From Mustelus asterias (lineage: Eukaryota), in the NCBI RefSeq assembly GCF_964213995.1, contig NW_027590156.1:248001-312000 (forward strand): DNA of 64,000 nt, read 5' to 3'. Of the stretch, positions 1-13,746 are shown one piece after another. Under the pieces are notes generated by a model. It was not told where the DNA came from and ran no database searches. It was given only the letters and a program-made list of their open reading frames with translations. The stretch's first letter is position 1; each line of letters opens with the position of its first letter. A program made the translations under genes and the position numbers.

Positions 1-68
1 GTATTGAATGGCGGAACAGACTCGATGGACCAAGTGTCTACTCCTGCTCCGATTTATTGTGTTCATGT
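1..68 (+). mobile_element. CR1-type LINE 3' terminus (fragment)
   Basis: ATTGAATGGCGGAACAGACTCGATGG...CTACTCCTGCTCC...TGTTCATGT resembles the 3' tails of CR1 copies elsewhere in the window (35810-35888). Confidence 0.7.
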
Positions 69-1912
69 GGATGATCAAACTAGTAATTCATGTTATAATA
101 AAACGTTCTCAGAAGCTGTTGCGACAAATGTGAAGCAGACAGAGTCAAGGTTCCGAGTCTAATATGACTCTTATTAAACCAGCAACTGAGTGTGAGTTAC
201 AGCATTGAGCACAATATCGAGACAGGGAATTGAATTGAATCCAGGCAGTGAAAGCCCTGAATTTAAACTCCTGTATTATTTCTGCAGTAGACTTGTTCAG
301 GAAACGTGCTTGCCAATTGAAAGTGTGGAGGTTTGAGAGCACCCCGAGCCAAATGGACTCGCGCTATTCCTGTTTCTGCTTATATTCCCGACATATATTT
401 ACTTTGTGCCCTTCTGTAACAGTGAAACATTGTCCAAACTTGGCCAGTCTTGCTGTTATTCATTAAATTACCATACTGTTATGACACAGAGGTTAATCCC
501 TTTTATCTCACATCATAATCTGGAAAAACTATTTGTGAAGCTGCTAACTGTTCTTAATTAACGTTCAGAGGCTTATTAATTTTAAAAATGCCTGTTACTC
601 ACTTTGAGTGAATAATTAACAAGCTATTTGTTTAAATAACCAAGAACTTTAAGTAAACAAGTAACATGTTAATTAAGGTACGGTTCGACTGAAATGCTGT
701 TCAAATAATACTAGGAACATTCATTACCAAAACTGTACTCACAGAATTTTAGTCACTCTCAAAGAAATTACACAACCAGCTTTGATGGGATTCAGAAGAT
801 TTTGGAGTCCTTCAGTAGTTGTGCGCAGTCTGTAATGTCTTTCTAACTCCATATCCTTATGTTAGATAGTTTTCTAAAGCGATTTTTAAACTAGCAGGGG
901 TCGAGAACTGCTGTAGAGACAAATGTTTTTTTGACTGGCTGCCCTGGCCTCTGGAGATGTTCATCCAAGATATTATCTAGAGATGGCTGCTCCTCTGGCC
1001 TGTTTTATCTGCCATGACCTCTCAGTTTTCTTACACCACGATTGGTTTGATGCTGACAACAATAAAAAAATCAAAGCTGATAGGTTCCCTTGAGCTGAGA
1101 GTTTACTTTAAACTCATACGTTGTTAGCTGAGTGTCTTCTTTAATTCAAATCCTAACAGAAAGGAAAAACCTGTGGAGGCTGTTATTAAGTCAACCCTGA
1201 TGTTTGGTCCCTTGCAAACAAATGTTGCAACCTGAAGTCTGTGTGTACTCTACATTTTAGCACAGAACTCAAAAACAGCATTTAAAGGACTGTTTTCTTC
1301 CCTCTAGCATTTTTTACAACTCTTTTATATATTTACAAACATTATTTTGTATGTTCACAAACTCAACTTGAAACTGGCAGATACAAACCGGGGTGCTGGC
1401 TCTCATCTGTTTCTTTTCAGGATGGAATTCGTCTGGTCTTCATGCTCACTGAAGCACCAACACGGCAAGGAGACCATTTGCTGGTTCAATCCATCCGAGT
1501 AGTTCCACGGATCTGTACTGCCCAATAAGACATCGGTGTCCACGCGTGAAGGAGCGAGTCCAATTGAAAAATAGTGTTGAGAAAAATGTCAAGGAGAAAA
1601 AATAAGTGAGGTATGAAGTTTTATTTAACGTGAATTTGAACAGACAGTATATAGAACATGTTTATTTTGTTAGACTATTTGGAATGTGCTGTAAACCCAA
1701 ATAAAATTCGTATATTTGACCAAGCTACGTGTTAAGTTGGTTGTTCAGGAAGAATACTCAATTTCTTCACTCTTCACTCACCTCCTACTCAATTAGAACA
1801 TAGCCTTGTGATGAGTGCATTAATTTCAACATCATGTTTCTCATGAATGGCGATAGTTTTGTCGAGATATATGGTATAAGCGATGATAAAGGAACACGGT
1901 TCCCCCCATCAC

Positions 1913-2210
1913 CAACAGTTGGGGCAGTACATTGGCACCGTGCTGCTTCAGAGCGCAGGGACCCATGTTCGAATCATGGCTTGGGTCACTGTCTGTGTGG
2001 AGTTTGCACATTCTCCTTGTGTCTGCCTGAGTTTCCGCCGGGGCTCCAGTTTCCTCCCACAGTCCAAAGATGTGCAGGTTAGGTGAGTTGGCCATGTGAA
2101 GTTCTCCCTGTGTATATGAGCAGGTGCTGGCGTGTGACGACTAGGGCATTTTCACAACAACTTCATTGCAGTATTAATGTAAGACTACTTGTGGCTAATA
2201 AATAAACCTT
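1913..2210 (+). mobile_element. V-SINE (HE1-like head, type-B tail)
   Basis: Central V domain GGGTCACTGTCTGTGTGGAGTTTGCACATTCTCC...CCCACAGTCCAAAGATGTG; tail ...CTTCATTGCAGTATTAATGTAAGACTACTTGTGGCTAATAAATAAAC. Confidence 0.8.
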
Positions 2211-3959
2211 AGCTCCATTCGCCCCACAGCGTTCAGGTGGGTATCCGACCAACCATAATCCGTAAGCAGTACTGCAAGTCTTTTTTCGTGTTACATTTAA
2301 AATCGCATGCAATTCTCTCCAAGTATCAATATTTTGATGCTTCATGGCCTTTAAAAATATTTGATTTCAGATTAGTAGGGCGGAACAGAATAAGCTCATA
2401 TTTACGCCTATAATACTTCAGGTGCCACCTTGTTTATCATTCAGTTATCCTGTCTATGTTTCCTTGCAGACTCTCGGTCCTTTCTTACGGTTTACAGTCC
2501 ACAGTTCACCTCGCCTGACATCATCAGAGGAATGCAAACATTTATTCTGCCTCTTTGTGTAAGTCGTTAAAATAAGCTGCAAATAACTGAGGATGAGGGG
2601 CTGATCCGCGAGGCACGTCATTGTTCATAGCCTTTCAACTTGAAGATGTAACATGTACCTATTTGTGCTTGTTCTAAATAACTTGTCCTCTTTCCATGCT
2701 GATGTATTGGTCCGACTCAATGAACCTTTATCATGCATCTTATCAAGTAAGTTTGGAAATTCAGCTTATGTCATCTACTGGTTTCCCTTTAACTAATAGA
2801 TAGTATCATCTGAAGATGCGGGAGGAGGGGGTGGGTCGGGGATGGTGGTGGTGGCGGGTTGGGGGGGGGGGGGGCGGGGTGGGGGGGCGGTAATTAAGAA
2901 GTAGAATAAAACCCTTTGGAATGCCAGGTTGACTTTTTGTTTTCTGATTGCAAAGTGCAAAGTTGATACTTCCTCAGTAAGGTGCCCTGTCACTTTCACG
3001 ATATTGTTGTCAAGTTAACTGCCCTCTCGTTACCTGACTTCAGAGTTGCATTACTGTTCATTAAGACTGCATCCACAATTGGAAGAAGAACTCCTCAACA
3101 ACGTCAATTTTCTGTGTGATGTCTTCATAGAATTGATGTGCACCCACAGGTATCTAAAGCGTTTGTCCATTCAACAACTCCAAGCTGTATTACTCCTGCC
3201 ACTGGAAGTCCACATCGAGTACGTGCCCCAGAGAGTCAGCTGCATCACCAAGAAGGAGAGCGGATAGAACACATAGACAACAAAAATGTATTGAGATAGA
3301 GGCAGAATAAGAGCCACTGAAAGAGTGAGAGTCCAAGGTCGATGCACAGAAAAAATAATCAGCGGTGTTTGAACTTGGAAGGAACAGATTAACTTCACAA
3401 GTCCATACAATTTGTAATTTATATTGGCAGGCAACACGAATATAAAAATATTACTCAGATTTGAACAGTGCCTGATCCAGACACCAGGACACAGCTGAAC
3501 GCATTAAACAGATGCAGTATCTCTGAACAATAATCGTTGTTGTCATCTTTAGGAGATTTTGTTTACAAATGATCTGGTTCAGAAAATACAAAACAACGAT
3601 CTGAGGAATTACTCCTTGATGCGCATTACCTCTTTATCCATCTGTAAGGGAATATTTTTTGATGCAGAGTAAGCAAATGCAACCGTGAAACTGACTGAAA
3701 ATATCATCGCAAATCCCTGCCTAAACAGCGGCAATGTCTGTCACTTCTAATAAGTCGAAAGTCAACCTTCTCTTTTGTAGAATTTTTTTTTTAAATGTCC
3801 AGTTTCTCCTGAAGCCTGGTGATAAATAATCTGTGGTTTTCTGTAACAATTTGCAGTGAACTTTGATCTTCACCATTGGAACTCATGACAGTATAAACAG
3901 TTCAAAACGTCCGAGGTATTTTAGTTCGGTTTATTAGTTTTACAAATGCATTCCCCAGA

Positions 3960-4660
3960 TGAGTTAATTGCCTTAACCACTGGTCCTCCTTTATCTATTC
4001 TACTACTTATATCCTCAAAAAACGCCCGTAGATTTAGTACAAAATGATATGCCTTTCGTAGGTCCATGCTGGCATTGTCAAATCCCATTGACGCTTAATA
4101 ATTAGTTAGTTACCACGTTTTTCTTTGTAATACACTCAAACACCTTTCCGGTGAGTAATGTCAAGCTAACTGGTCTATAATTCCCATGTTTTCTATCCGT
4201 CCCTTTTTAAATAGTGGGGTTACATTTTCCACCCTCCAATCTGTACGAACTATTCCTGAGTCGATAGAATTTTGGAAGATGACCACCAATGCAACCAACA
4301 TTTCCAGGGTCCCTTCCTTTAATACTGTGGGATGTAGGTTATGAGGCTCTGGTGATTCGTCAGCCTTTAACTCCACTCATTCCCCCAGCCACGAATTTCT
4401 TTTTAATACTGATTTCCGAGAGTTCCGAAGTCCCATTAGACCCTTCGTTCTTTATCAATTCTGGGAGGTTATCTTTGTCCTCATTTGTGAACACCGAACC
4501 AAAGTCTGTGTTCTATTCTTCCGCCGCTTCTTTGTGATTATAATTGCCCTTGCTTCTGCCAGGTACCAACATTAGTCTTTACTAATCATTTTCTCCTCAG
4601 ATATTTAGTCAGTTTCTATGTTTCCTGCAATTTTACTCTCATACACTATTACTCCCCTTA
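3960..4660 (-). mobile_element. Old CR1 LINE ORF2 fragment
   Basis: Degenerate translation ...VVIFQNSIDSGIVRTDWRVENVTPLFKKG (4161-4376) homologous to the CR1 RT N-terminal region. Confidence 0.75.
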
Positions 4661-4672
4661 ATTATGTTGTGT

Positions 4673-7600
4673 CATAAGAACATAAGAACATACGAAATAG
4701 GAGCCGGAGTAGGCCATCTAGCCCCTCGAGCCTGCCCCGCCATTCAATAAGATCATGGCTGATCTGAAGTGGATCAGTTCCACGTACCCGCCTGATCCCT
4801 ATAACCCCTAATTCCCTTACCGATCAGAAATCCATCTATCCCTGATTTAAACATATTCAACGAGGTAGCCTCCACCACTTCAGTGGGCAGAGAATTCCAG
4901 AGATTCACCACCCTCTGAGAGAAGAAGTTCCTCCTGAACTCTGTCCAAAACTGACCCCCCTTTATTTTGAGGCTGTTCCCTCTAGTTCTAGTTTCCTTTC
5001 TAAGTGGAAAGAATCTCTCCATCTCTACCCTATCCAGCCCCTTCATTATCTTATAGGTCTCTATAAGATCCCCCCTCAGCCTTCTAAATTCCAACGAGTA
5101 CAAACCCAATCTGCTCAGTCTCTCCTCATAATCAGCACCCTTCATCTCTGGTATCAAACTGGTGAACCTTCTCTGCACTCCCTCCAAGGCCAATATATCC
5201 TTCCGCAAATAAGGGGACCAGTACTGAACACAGTATTCCAGCTGCGGCCTCACCAATGCCTGTACAGATGCAGCAAGACATCTCTGCTTTTATATTCTAT
5301 CCCCCTTGCGATATAGGCCAATATCCCATTTGCCTTCTTGATCACCTGTTGCACCTGCAGACTGGGTTTTTGCGTCTCATGCACAAGGACCCCCAGGTCC
5401 CTTTGCACAGTAGCATGTTGTAATTTTTTTCCATTTAGATAACAATCCAATTTGCTATTATTTCCTCCAAAGTGAATAACCTCGCATTTGTCAACGTTAT
5501 ACTCCATCTGCCAGATCCTCGCCCACTCACTCAGCCTCTCCAAATCTCTCTGCAGACCTTCTACGCCCTCTACACAATTCACTTTCCCACTTATCTTTGT
5601 GTCGTCTGCAAACTTTGTTACCCTACACTCAGTCTCCTCCTCCAGATCGTCTATATAAATGGTAAATAGTTGACGCCCCAGTACTGATCCCTGCGTCACG
5701 CCACTAGTTACCATCTGCCAACCAGAAAAGCACCCATTTATTCCGACTCTCTGCTTCCTGTCGGATAACCAATCCCCAATCCATGCTAACACCCTCCCCC
5801 CAACTCCGTGTGAACCAATCTTCATCAGCAACCTTTTGTGAGGCACCTTATCAAACGCCTTTTGGAAATCCAAAAACACCGCATCCACCGGTTCCCCTCC
5901 ATCAACCGCACTAGTCACATCTTCATAAAAATCCAACAAGTTCATCAAGCACGACTTTCCCCTCATGAATTCATGCTGCGTCTGCTTAATCGGACCATTG
6001 TTATCCAGATGGTCTGCTATTTCTTCTTTAATGATGGATTCCAGCATTTTCCCAACTACAGACGTTAAGCTAACCAGCCTGTAGTTACCCGCCTTTTGTC
6101 TATTTCCTTTCTTAAACAGTGGTGTAACATTAGCCGTTTTCCAATCCGCCGGCACTACCCCAAAATCCAACGAATTTTGACAAATAACCATTAACGCATC
6201 CGTTATTACCTCTGACATTTCTTTCAGTACCCTGGGATGCATTCCATCCGGGCCCGGTGACTTGTGCACCTTCAGTCCCGTTAGTCTACCAAGCACTGCC
6301 TCCCTGGTAACATTAATTGTATTGAGTACCTCTCCTCCTACCAACCCTCTATCGTTAATATTCGGTAAACTATTTGTGTCTTCCACCATGAAGACCGACA
6401 CAAAAAACTTATTTAAAGTTTCAGCCATTTCCTCATTTCCCACTATTCAATCCCCCCCTCGTCTTCCAACGGTCCAACATTCACTCTTGCCACTCTATTC
6501 CTTTTTATATATTTGTAAAGCTTTTACTATCATTTTTTATATTTAGAGCTAGCCTGGCTTCATAACCTATCTTTCCTTTCTTTATCGCTTTCTTAGTCGT
6601 TCTTTGTTGTTTCTTAAAGTTTTCCCAATCTTCCGATTCTTCACTATTTTTGGTCACTCTGTACGCATCGGTCTTTAATTTAATACTTTCCTTAATTTCC
6701 TTCGTTATCCACGGCTGGTTGTCCCTTTCCTGACAGTCCTTCTTTATCACCGGAGTATATTGTTGCTGAGTACTGAAAAGGATCTCCTTAAAAATCCTCC
6801 ACTGTTCCTCAGCTGTCCTACCTACCAGCTGCTCTCCCAGTCCACCTTAGCCAATTCAGCCCTCATCCTATCGTACTTCCCTCTGTTCAAACAGAGGACA
6901 CTGGTATGGGAGTCTACTTTCTCCTCTTCCATTTGTATCAGCAATTCGACCATATTGTGATCACTTGACCCAAGAGGGTCCTTCACAAAAACATCCTTAA
7001 TTCTACCTACCTCGTTACACATTACCAGATCTAAGATAACTCGTTCCCTCGTCGGTTCTGTAACATACTGTTCAAGGTAACTATCCCGACAGCATTCTAA
7101 GAACTCTTCCTCCATCCCACCCCTTCCAACTTGATATGCAGGTTGAAGTCCCCCATGATTATTGCCGTTCCGTTTTCGCATCCATTATTTGCTTGTTTAT
7201 AGCCTTCCCACCTCAACATTGTTATTTGGGGGCCTATAGACCACGCCTACTAGTGTCTTTCTCCCCCTACTATTCCTTATCTCTACCCATAACGATTCCA
7301 CGTTTTGTTCCTTCGAGCCTATGTCATCCCTCACTTCTACCCTGATATTATCTTTTATTAACAGAGCTACCCCACCACCTTTTCCTTCCTGTCTATTCTT
7401 CCTAAATGCCTGATACCCCTGGATATTCATCTCCCAGTCCTGGTCTCCATGCAGCCACGTTTCTGTAATGGCCACTAGATCATACTCATTTGTGCTGATT
7501 TGCACCATCAACTCATTAACTTTGTTCCGAATGCTTCGTGCATTCAGGCAAAGTGTCTTTATTCCAGCTTTTATCTGGACCCGATTTGATGAAATGCTAT

Positions 7601-8320
7601 CAACCTCTCCCTCGCCCTCTCCTCCTTTAACTACTTGAATGCCCTCATTCACTTGCACTCGCTCCCTCTCCTCTACCATTGATTTCGTAATTCCTCTGAC
7701 CTCTGCACCCTCCCCCCATAAATTAATTTAAAGCCCTATCTACAGCCCTCGTGATACGATGCGCTAGGACTCTGGTCCCAGCACGGTTCAAACGGAGACC
7801 CTCCCATCTATACAGGTCCCATCTGCCCAAATACTGGTGCCAATGCCACATGAATTCGAAACCATTCCTTCCACTCCAATCCTTGAGCAATGCATTCGTC
7901 TTCTTAATCCTATTAACCCTGCGCCAATTCGCGCGTGGCTCAGGTAGTAATCCAGAGATTACCACCTTGTTGGTTCTGCTTTTAATTTGTTCCCAAGCTC
8001 TTCGTACTCCCTCTGCAGATCCTTAGTTCCTGTTTTGTCTATGTCATTGGCACCTACATGGACCACGACAACTGGATTTTGACTCTCCCACTCCAAATTT
8101 CTCTGCAGCCCAGATGATACATCCTGGACCCGAGCACCAGGCAGGCAACACAACCTCCGGTATTCCTTATCCTGGTCACAGAGAACAGTGTCTATGCCCT
8201 TAACTACACTATCCCCAATTACTACTACGTTTCTCTTTGATTTCTCCATTGCAGCAGTACCCTGCACCCTCGTACTGCCGACAGTTTGCTCGACCTTCTC
8301 GCAGTCATTTTTCCCATCCT
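4673..8320 (-). mobile_element. Near full-length CR1 LINE (ORF1 SGNH/esterase domain + ORF2 APE endonuclease/RT), frameshifted
   Basis: ORF1 pieces 7723-8267 (VVVIGDSVVKG, VVVHVGAND); endonuclease 7197-7679 (LNARSIRNK, AITETWL, GVVYRPP) and 6822-7181 (LGSSDHN); RT 5250-6443 (DFQKAFDKVPH, QGSVLG, KFADD); C-terminus 4774-5256; (TTCTTATG)n tail at ~4675-4690. Confidence 0.95.
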
Positions 8321-9101
8321 CTTTTGTTGAAATCTAAAAGGCTTCCAAGCCTCAGACTTGCTAATTATTTTGCAATTTTATATATTTTCTAAGTAAAATG
8401 GAAAGTTCCCGCTCCTGAAGGACATTAGTGAAAAGATTTGACGAAATGTTGGCACCTTTGTCATTCATATTAATTGCATAAGGATTTTTGTTTCAGCTTC
8501 TTCAATGAATTGAATTGAAATTCCCCAGCAACTCGGGTAGAATTTGAACTCCTATCTCCAGAGCATTGTTTCAAGATTGTGGATTACGAATTTAGTAATT
8601 ATATACTATACTATATGCTATACTACCTCGAGGAATATCATCACATCTAAAGTGGAACAACTGAAACTACCACTCTCCTTGAGCACAGGACCAAAGGTTG
8701 AATCATAAATTCAGGCATCTGTTATGGGAGTTGAACACATTACCATTTGGATGAGAAGCGATGTTGATTCCACTAAAAAGAAGACTTTTAGCTGATCACA
8801 GTTAGCATTTTGACATTCTGACATTTAGCTCAGTGTGTCTAGAGTTTCGGACCTGTGTGCAGTATTACACGGATGCATATAGTTGTCAGAAGCTGGCCTT
8901 CTCTCTGTACCTCAGAATTTGTAATCTTTCACCGTTTAAATATTAAACGTATTTTATATTCATCCTGCCAAATTGGACGTTTTCACAATTTACCACATTA
9001 TACTCAACTTGGCGGGGCTTTGCCAATTAATTTACCCGATTTATGTCCCTTTATCTTCTTCTTACACGCACTTCACCATTTATTTAAGACCTATCTTTTT
9101 C

Positions 9102-10104
9102 TTTTTCTAAATGGAGGTCGGTCACCAGTGGTGTGCCCCAGGGATCTGTTCTGGGATCCTTGCTGTTTGTCATTTTCATAAATGACCTGGATGAGGAAGC
9201 GGAGGGATGGGTTGGTAAGTTTGCCGACGACACGAAGGTTGGTGGGGTTGTAGATAGTCTGGAGGGATGTCAGAAGTTACAGAGGGACATAGATAGGATG
9301 CAAGACTGGGCGGACAAGTGGCAGATGGACTTCAACCCAGATAAATGCGTCGTGGTCCATTATGGTAGGTCAAATGGGATGAAGGAGTACAATATAAAGG
9401 GAAAGACTCTTAGTGCGGTAGAGGATTAGAAGGACCTTGGAGTCCGGGTCCATAGGACTCTAAAATCGGCCCCGCAGGTGGAGGAAGTGGTTAAGAAGGC
9501 GTATGGTGTGCTGGCCTTTATCAATCGAGGGATTGAGTTTAGGAGTCCGGGGATAATGATGCAGCTATATAAGACCCTCGTCAGACCCCACTTGGAGTAC
9601 TGTGCTCAGTTCTGGTCGCCTCACTATAGGAAGGATGTGGAAAAGATTGAAAGGGTGCAGAGGAGATTTACAAGGGTGTTGATTGAGTGGCATGCCTTCT
9701 GAGGATAGGGTGAGGGAGCTCCGTCTTTTCTCCTTGGAGAGACGAAGGATGAGAGGTGTATAAGATGTTGAGAGGCATAGATCGGGTGGACTCTCAGAGG
9801 CTTTTTCCCAGGGTGGAAATGTCTGCTACGAGAGGACACAGGTTTAAGGTGCTGGGGGGTAGGTACAGGGGAGATGTTAGGGGTAAGTTTTTCACACAGA
9901 CGGTGGTGGGCGAGTGGAATCGGCTGCCGTCAGTGGTGGTGGAGGCGAACTCAATGGGTCTTTTAAGAAACTCCTGGATGAGTACATGGAGCGTAATAGG
10001 ATGGAGGGTTATAGGTAAGTCTAGAAGATAGGGATGTGTTCGGCACAACTTGTGGGCCGAACGGCCTGTTTGTGCTGTAGTTTTTCTATGTTTCTATGTT
10101 TCTA
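9102..10104 (+). mobile_element. 5'-truncated CR1 LINE inserted in an older minus-strand LINE
   Basis: RT motifs PQGSVLG/FADD (9133-9429), LVRPHLEYCAQFWSP (9478-9702); (TTTCTATG)n tail; CTATCTTT on both flanks. Confidence 0.9.
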
Positions 10105-10149
10105 TCTTTGTGTTGTCTGCAAATTTATCATCCATATCTGCTCAGTAAA

Positions 10150-10425
10150 TATTACAGTGTATTCTTACAATTAATCCAGTTCTCCTTGATTACTGCTCTG
10201 CAACATATCGGTCTGTAATCTAACAATTAATCCAGTTCTCCTGGGCAACTGCTCTGTGACACATCATGTTTAATTCAGTTCTCCTAGATTTCTGCTCTGT
10301 AACATATCATTGTGTATTCCAACAATTAAAGCAGTTCTCCTACATTATTGCTCTCTATCATTTCACTGTGTAATTGAATAATTCATCCTGTTCTCTTGGA
10401 TTATGGCTCCCTAACATATCAATTT
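10150..10425. repeat. Diverged ~56-bp minisatellite (~5 copies)
   Basis: Recurrent CAATTAATCCAGTTCTCCTnGATTACTGCTCTGnAACATATC unit. Confidence 0.75.
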
Positions 10426-10474
10426 GTTTTGCAACCCGCTCCTGAAACAGTGTACACAAAAACACGGCGAGGGA

Positions 10475-10491
10475 TCGCCCTCTGGTGGTGA
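10475..10491 (-). promoter_or_regulatory. CTCF-binding motif (candidate)
   Basis: Reverse strand reads TCACCACCAGAGGGCGA, matching the CCACCAGRGGGCG core. Confidence 0.55.
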
Positions 10492-11355
10492 TGTGAGGTA
10501 AATGGCCTCTTCTGGGGAGATCAGTAAATTCTCTGATTACTGAAGGATCTTGTTGCAGGATTTTGCTGCTGTATTTTTTTCTTGTTCTCATGATTCTTAT
10601 TATAACATACTTACATTCAGGTGTAACCATGCACGGAACTAACACAAACTTCAGTCTGAATCCTCATCAATTCATTGCTTTAGCTGTTTTGAATGTTCCA
10701 GGCATTTCTGTTAAACTATATTCGTGTTACAAAATTTGAAACCACGCAATGCTGATAAGATTCGAACTCTTAATAAAGTTCTCTCCACACATTGAAAGGA
10801 TATAAATTTGACTCCAACCTCACATTTATCTGACAGATTGTCGGATTTCAGTGCACCTGCTTCAATTTTAAACTTTCCTCAGAGTTGTCATTATGATGTT
10901 TTGGCTACCATATCAGCTGTCCTCTAATGGGGCTTGGGGAATTTATTGAAATGGGAGACTGGGAGAAATTGTATGTTCTAAATTCTGCACGCTCCTGGAA
11001 AACGGTTGAGGGAGAGAGGGGCTTTGAGACACAGAGACGAGACAGATGCTAGCGGCCAAAATATTGAGAGTGCAGCATGGACACCGAGGTGAACAGAGAA
11101 CGAGGCACAGAGATAGACAGGCAGGAGTAGACATAGAAACAGTTAGATAAAGTCATTGGGCTACAATCAATGTTGTTCGATGGCCAATTCTTGACAACAC
11201 TGAGCAACAAGCCAATCCTTTCATTGGGCAACGCCCCTTAGTTTCCCAATGAGTGAAGACTGCCCATGATATAAAATTACTTTTTTACATCAGAGTACAA
11301 GAGTTGACATAATTTTACAATTCTGCTGATTTTGTGGAATTCTTAAGCAGGAAGC

Positions 11356-11755
11356 ATGTTCTCCCAATTTTCTTTACTAATATTGGTTGGTTTTCCTGCC
11401 CGGTGAGTCTGTGTTTAAATAGTCACTGCCTGTTCCCAGCGTTCTCCACCAGATATTTAAGAGATTCTGTAATTTGTTGCAGGCAAAGATGAAGTGTCCC
11501 AAGATCCCCCTAAATTAACGGTTCAGGAAGGACAGACCATAACACTGCACTGCAGTTACTGCTCTGGTACATCCAGTCTCATGGGGAAGCTCCGATTTAT
11601 TTATTGACGATTTTTAACACAGGAGACATCGCTGAAGATTCTCCGAATAGATTTTCTGCTGTTTGTACAAAAGAAACAAAGCGGTCCTTTTAAGTATCGC
11701 CGGAACGCTTCTCTCTGACAGCGCACTGTATTTCTGTGCCATGGAGCCCACACTG
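11356..11755 (+). pseudogene. T-cell receptor alpha/delta-type V segment pseudogene (leader 11356-11402, V exon 11483-11748, heptamer 11749-11755)
   Basis: Leader MFSQFSLLILVGFPA + GTGAGT donor; V exon KDEVSQDPPKLTVQEGQTITLHCSY/(fs)LLWYIQSHGEAPIYLL...RFSA/(fs)LSIAGTLLSDSALYFCAMEP; heptamer CACACTG with degenerate nonamer (GACTGGGAA) after 23 nt; two frameshifts plus leader phase mismatch. Confidence 0.88.
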
Positions 11756-11797
11756 GTGCAGAGATATAGCGAACCCCAGACTGGGAATTCCAGTTAG

Positions 11798-11814
11798 TGG
11801 TCAGCAGAGGGCGC
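11798..11814 (+). promoter_or_regulatory. CTCF-binding motif directly downstream of V pseudogene RSS
   Basis: TGGTCAGCAGAGGGCGC, close match to the TGGCCASCAGRGGGCGC consensus, ~10 nt after the nonamer position. Confidence 0.65.
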
Positions 11815-12271
11815 GCCCGCATTGATAAACAGAAGCAATTATTTAGCCTGTGAGAGTTCAAGGTCGTAACTAAAATAACACAACACAACATTCAACATGA
11901 ACAGATGAGCAGCAACAGAGGGATTGTATTAGGTGTGTTGTAACTAACATTTATACTGCAAAATTATTTTGCAAATCAATTTATTATGCCCTCACTCACG
12001 TTTTGTATTTTCATGATCTTTTCCTGTCTATCTGATTTAATGAGCAAAACATTCTCAATCTCTACTCTCTGTATCCCATTTATCAGAGCCGGTGCATAGT
12101 GTCTATATGATTAGACCGTGCTGTTGGTTTAGACAGTTTATAGAAAATTAATGCGTTTCACAATGTACCGATTACACTCTTTAGTTAAATCAATGTTTAT
12201 TTTCCTTTCGATTGAATGTTTTCTGACAGAATTGGCAGCCCAGTGTTTTGAGCTTAAAATAACCAGGCTTT

Positions 12272-12618
12272 AACCATAAGACCAAATGACAAAGGCCAGG
12301 GTTAGGCCTCTCGACCTCTCGAGCCTGCCCTGTCATTCAATGGAATCATGGCTGTTCCAACATTCCTCACGTACACTTTACTGCCCTTTCCCCGTAACCT
12401 TCGATTCGCTTACTGATCAAAAATCTATCGAAATCTGTCTTACATATACACAATGACTCTACCCGCGCAGCTCGCTGTAGAAGTGAGTTCCAAACACTCA
12501 CAACTCTCTGAAAAAAGATATTGCTCCTCTTCTCAGTTTTCAATTAGCGCTCGCTTACTCTGAGACGATGTCCCCTGTTCCCAGACGCTTCCACGAGGGG
12601 AAACATCCTCTCAGCATT
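12272..12618 (-). mobile_element. CR1 LINE 3' end fragment
   Basis: CCATAAGACCA...CTCGAGCCTGCCCTGTCATTCAAT...ATCATGGCTG, homologous to other CR1 3' ends. Confidence 0.7.
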
Positions 12619-12619
12619 T

Positions 12620-12763
12620 TGTAAATTGAGTTTGTGTCTTTATATGCCCTGTTTGTGAACACAACACCCACTCACCTGATGAAGGGGCAGTGCTCCGAAA
12701 GCTTGTGGCTTGTGCTACCAAATAAATATGTTGGACTTTAACCTGGTGTTGTGAGGCGTCTTA
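12620..12763 (+). mobile_element. Penelope-like pLTR fragment with hammerhead motif
   Basis: Homologous to pLTR 30955-31105; contains CAC-CTGATGA-AGGGGCAGTGCTCC-GAAA-GCTT-GTG (12673-12707). Confidence 0.8.
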
Positions 12764-13145
12764 CGTCGATTGATAAAGACCTTATGCCTTTTTCATCATC
12801 CTACTAACATGCCCTTCCGATTTCAGAGATCTGTGGCCAAAGCCGCCAAGGTTCCTTTGTTCCACAGAACACAAACTTCCAAACTTTATGGTCACGTTCT
12901 TACCGTGGTCGAACATGTTGATTATCAGCCTGTAAATCCTTTCAGTATTGCTGAAGACTGGTGATAGGGGCGGAGCAGATTCCTGGTCAACAAAACTGCA
13001 GAGGTCAATGGCAAACCGCTGGAGTACTTTGAAATGAACAATCACAGAATGATCTAATGGACGTCCATGTTCACCAATTCCCTCTTAGGGCATGGTAACT
13101 GGAAGAGGAGGAGGTGGATGTCACAAGAGGCTTAGAAAGTGGACA

Positions 13146-13746
13146 CTAAAAATTGGCAAATCATGCTGCAGCTTTATATAAGCTTAGTTAGGCCGCACTT
13201 GGAATATAGTGTTCAATTCTGGTCGCCACACTACCAGAAGGACGTGGAGGCTTTGGAGAGGTTACAGAAAAGATTTACCAGGATGTTGCCTGGTATGGAG
13301 GGCATTAGCTATGAGGAGAGGTTGGAGAAACTTGGTTTATTCTCACTGGAGCGACGGACGTTGAGGAGGACCTGATAGAAGTCTACAAGATTATGAGAGG
13401 CATGGACAGAGTGGATAGTCAGAAGCTTTTTCCCAGGGTGGAACAGTCAATTACTCGGAGGCATAGGTTTATGGTGTGAGGGGCAAGGTTTTAAAGAGAT
13501 GTACGAGGCAGAATTTTTACACAGAGAGTGGTGGGTGCCTGGAGCTCGTTGCCGCGGGAGGTAGTGGAAGCGGATACGATAGTGACTTTTAAGGGCGTCT
13601 TGACAAGTACATGAATGAGATGGGCATAGAGGGATATGGTCTCCAGAAGGGTAGGGGATTTTAGTTAAGTCGGGCAGCATGGTCGGTGCAGGCTTGGAGG
13701 GCGAAGGGCCTGTTCCTGTGCTGTAAGTTTCTTTGTTCATTGTTCT
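13146..13746 (+). mobile_element. 5'-truncated CR1 LINE
   Basis: LVRPHLEYSVQFWSPHYQKD...; tail TTCTTTGTTCATTGTTCT; same subfamily as 46140-47636. Confidence 0.9.

Noticed and set aside
477-1404. Possible solo LTR (TG...CA)
   Set aside because: No convincing TSD, PBS or second copy seen in the window.
1421-1610. AG...GT bounded exon-like block
   Set aside because: Stops in all three frames and no recognisable product.
3046-3437. Short ORFs, one hydrophobic
   Set aside because: No recognisable family or splice context; cannot be supported without a search.
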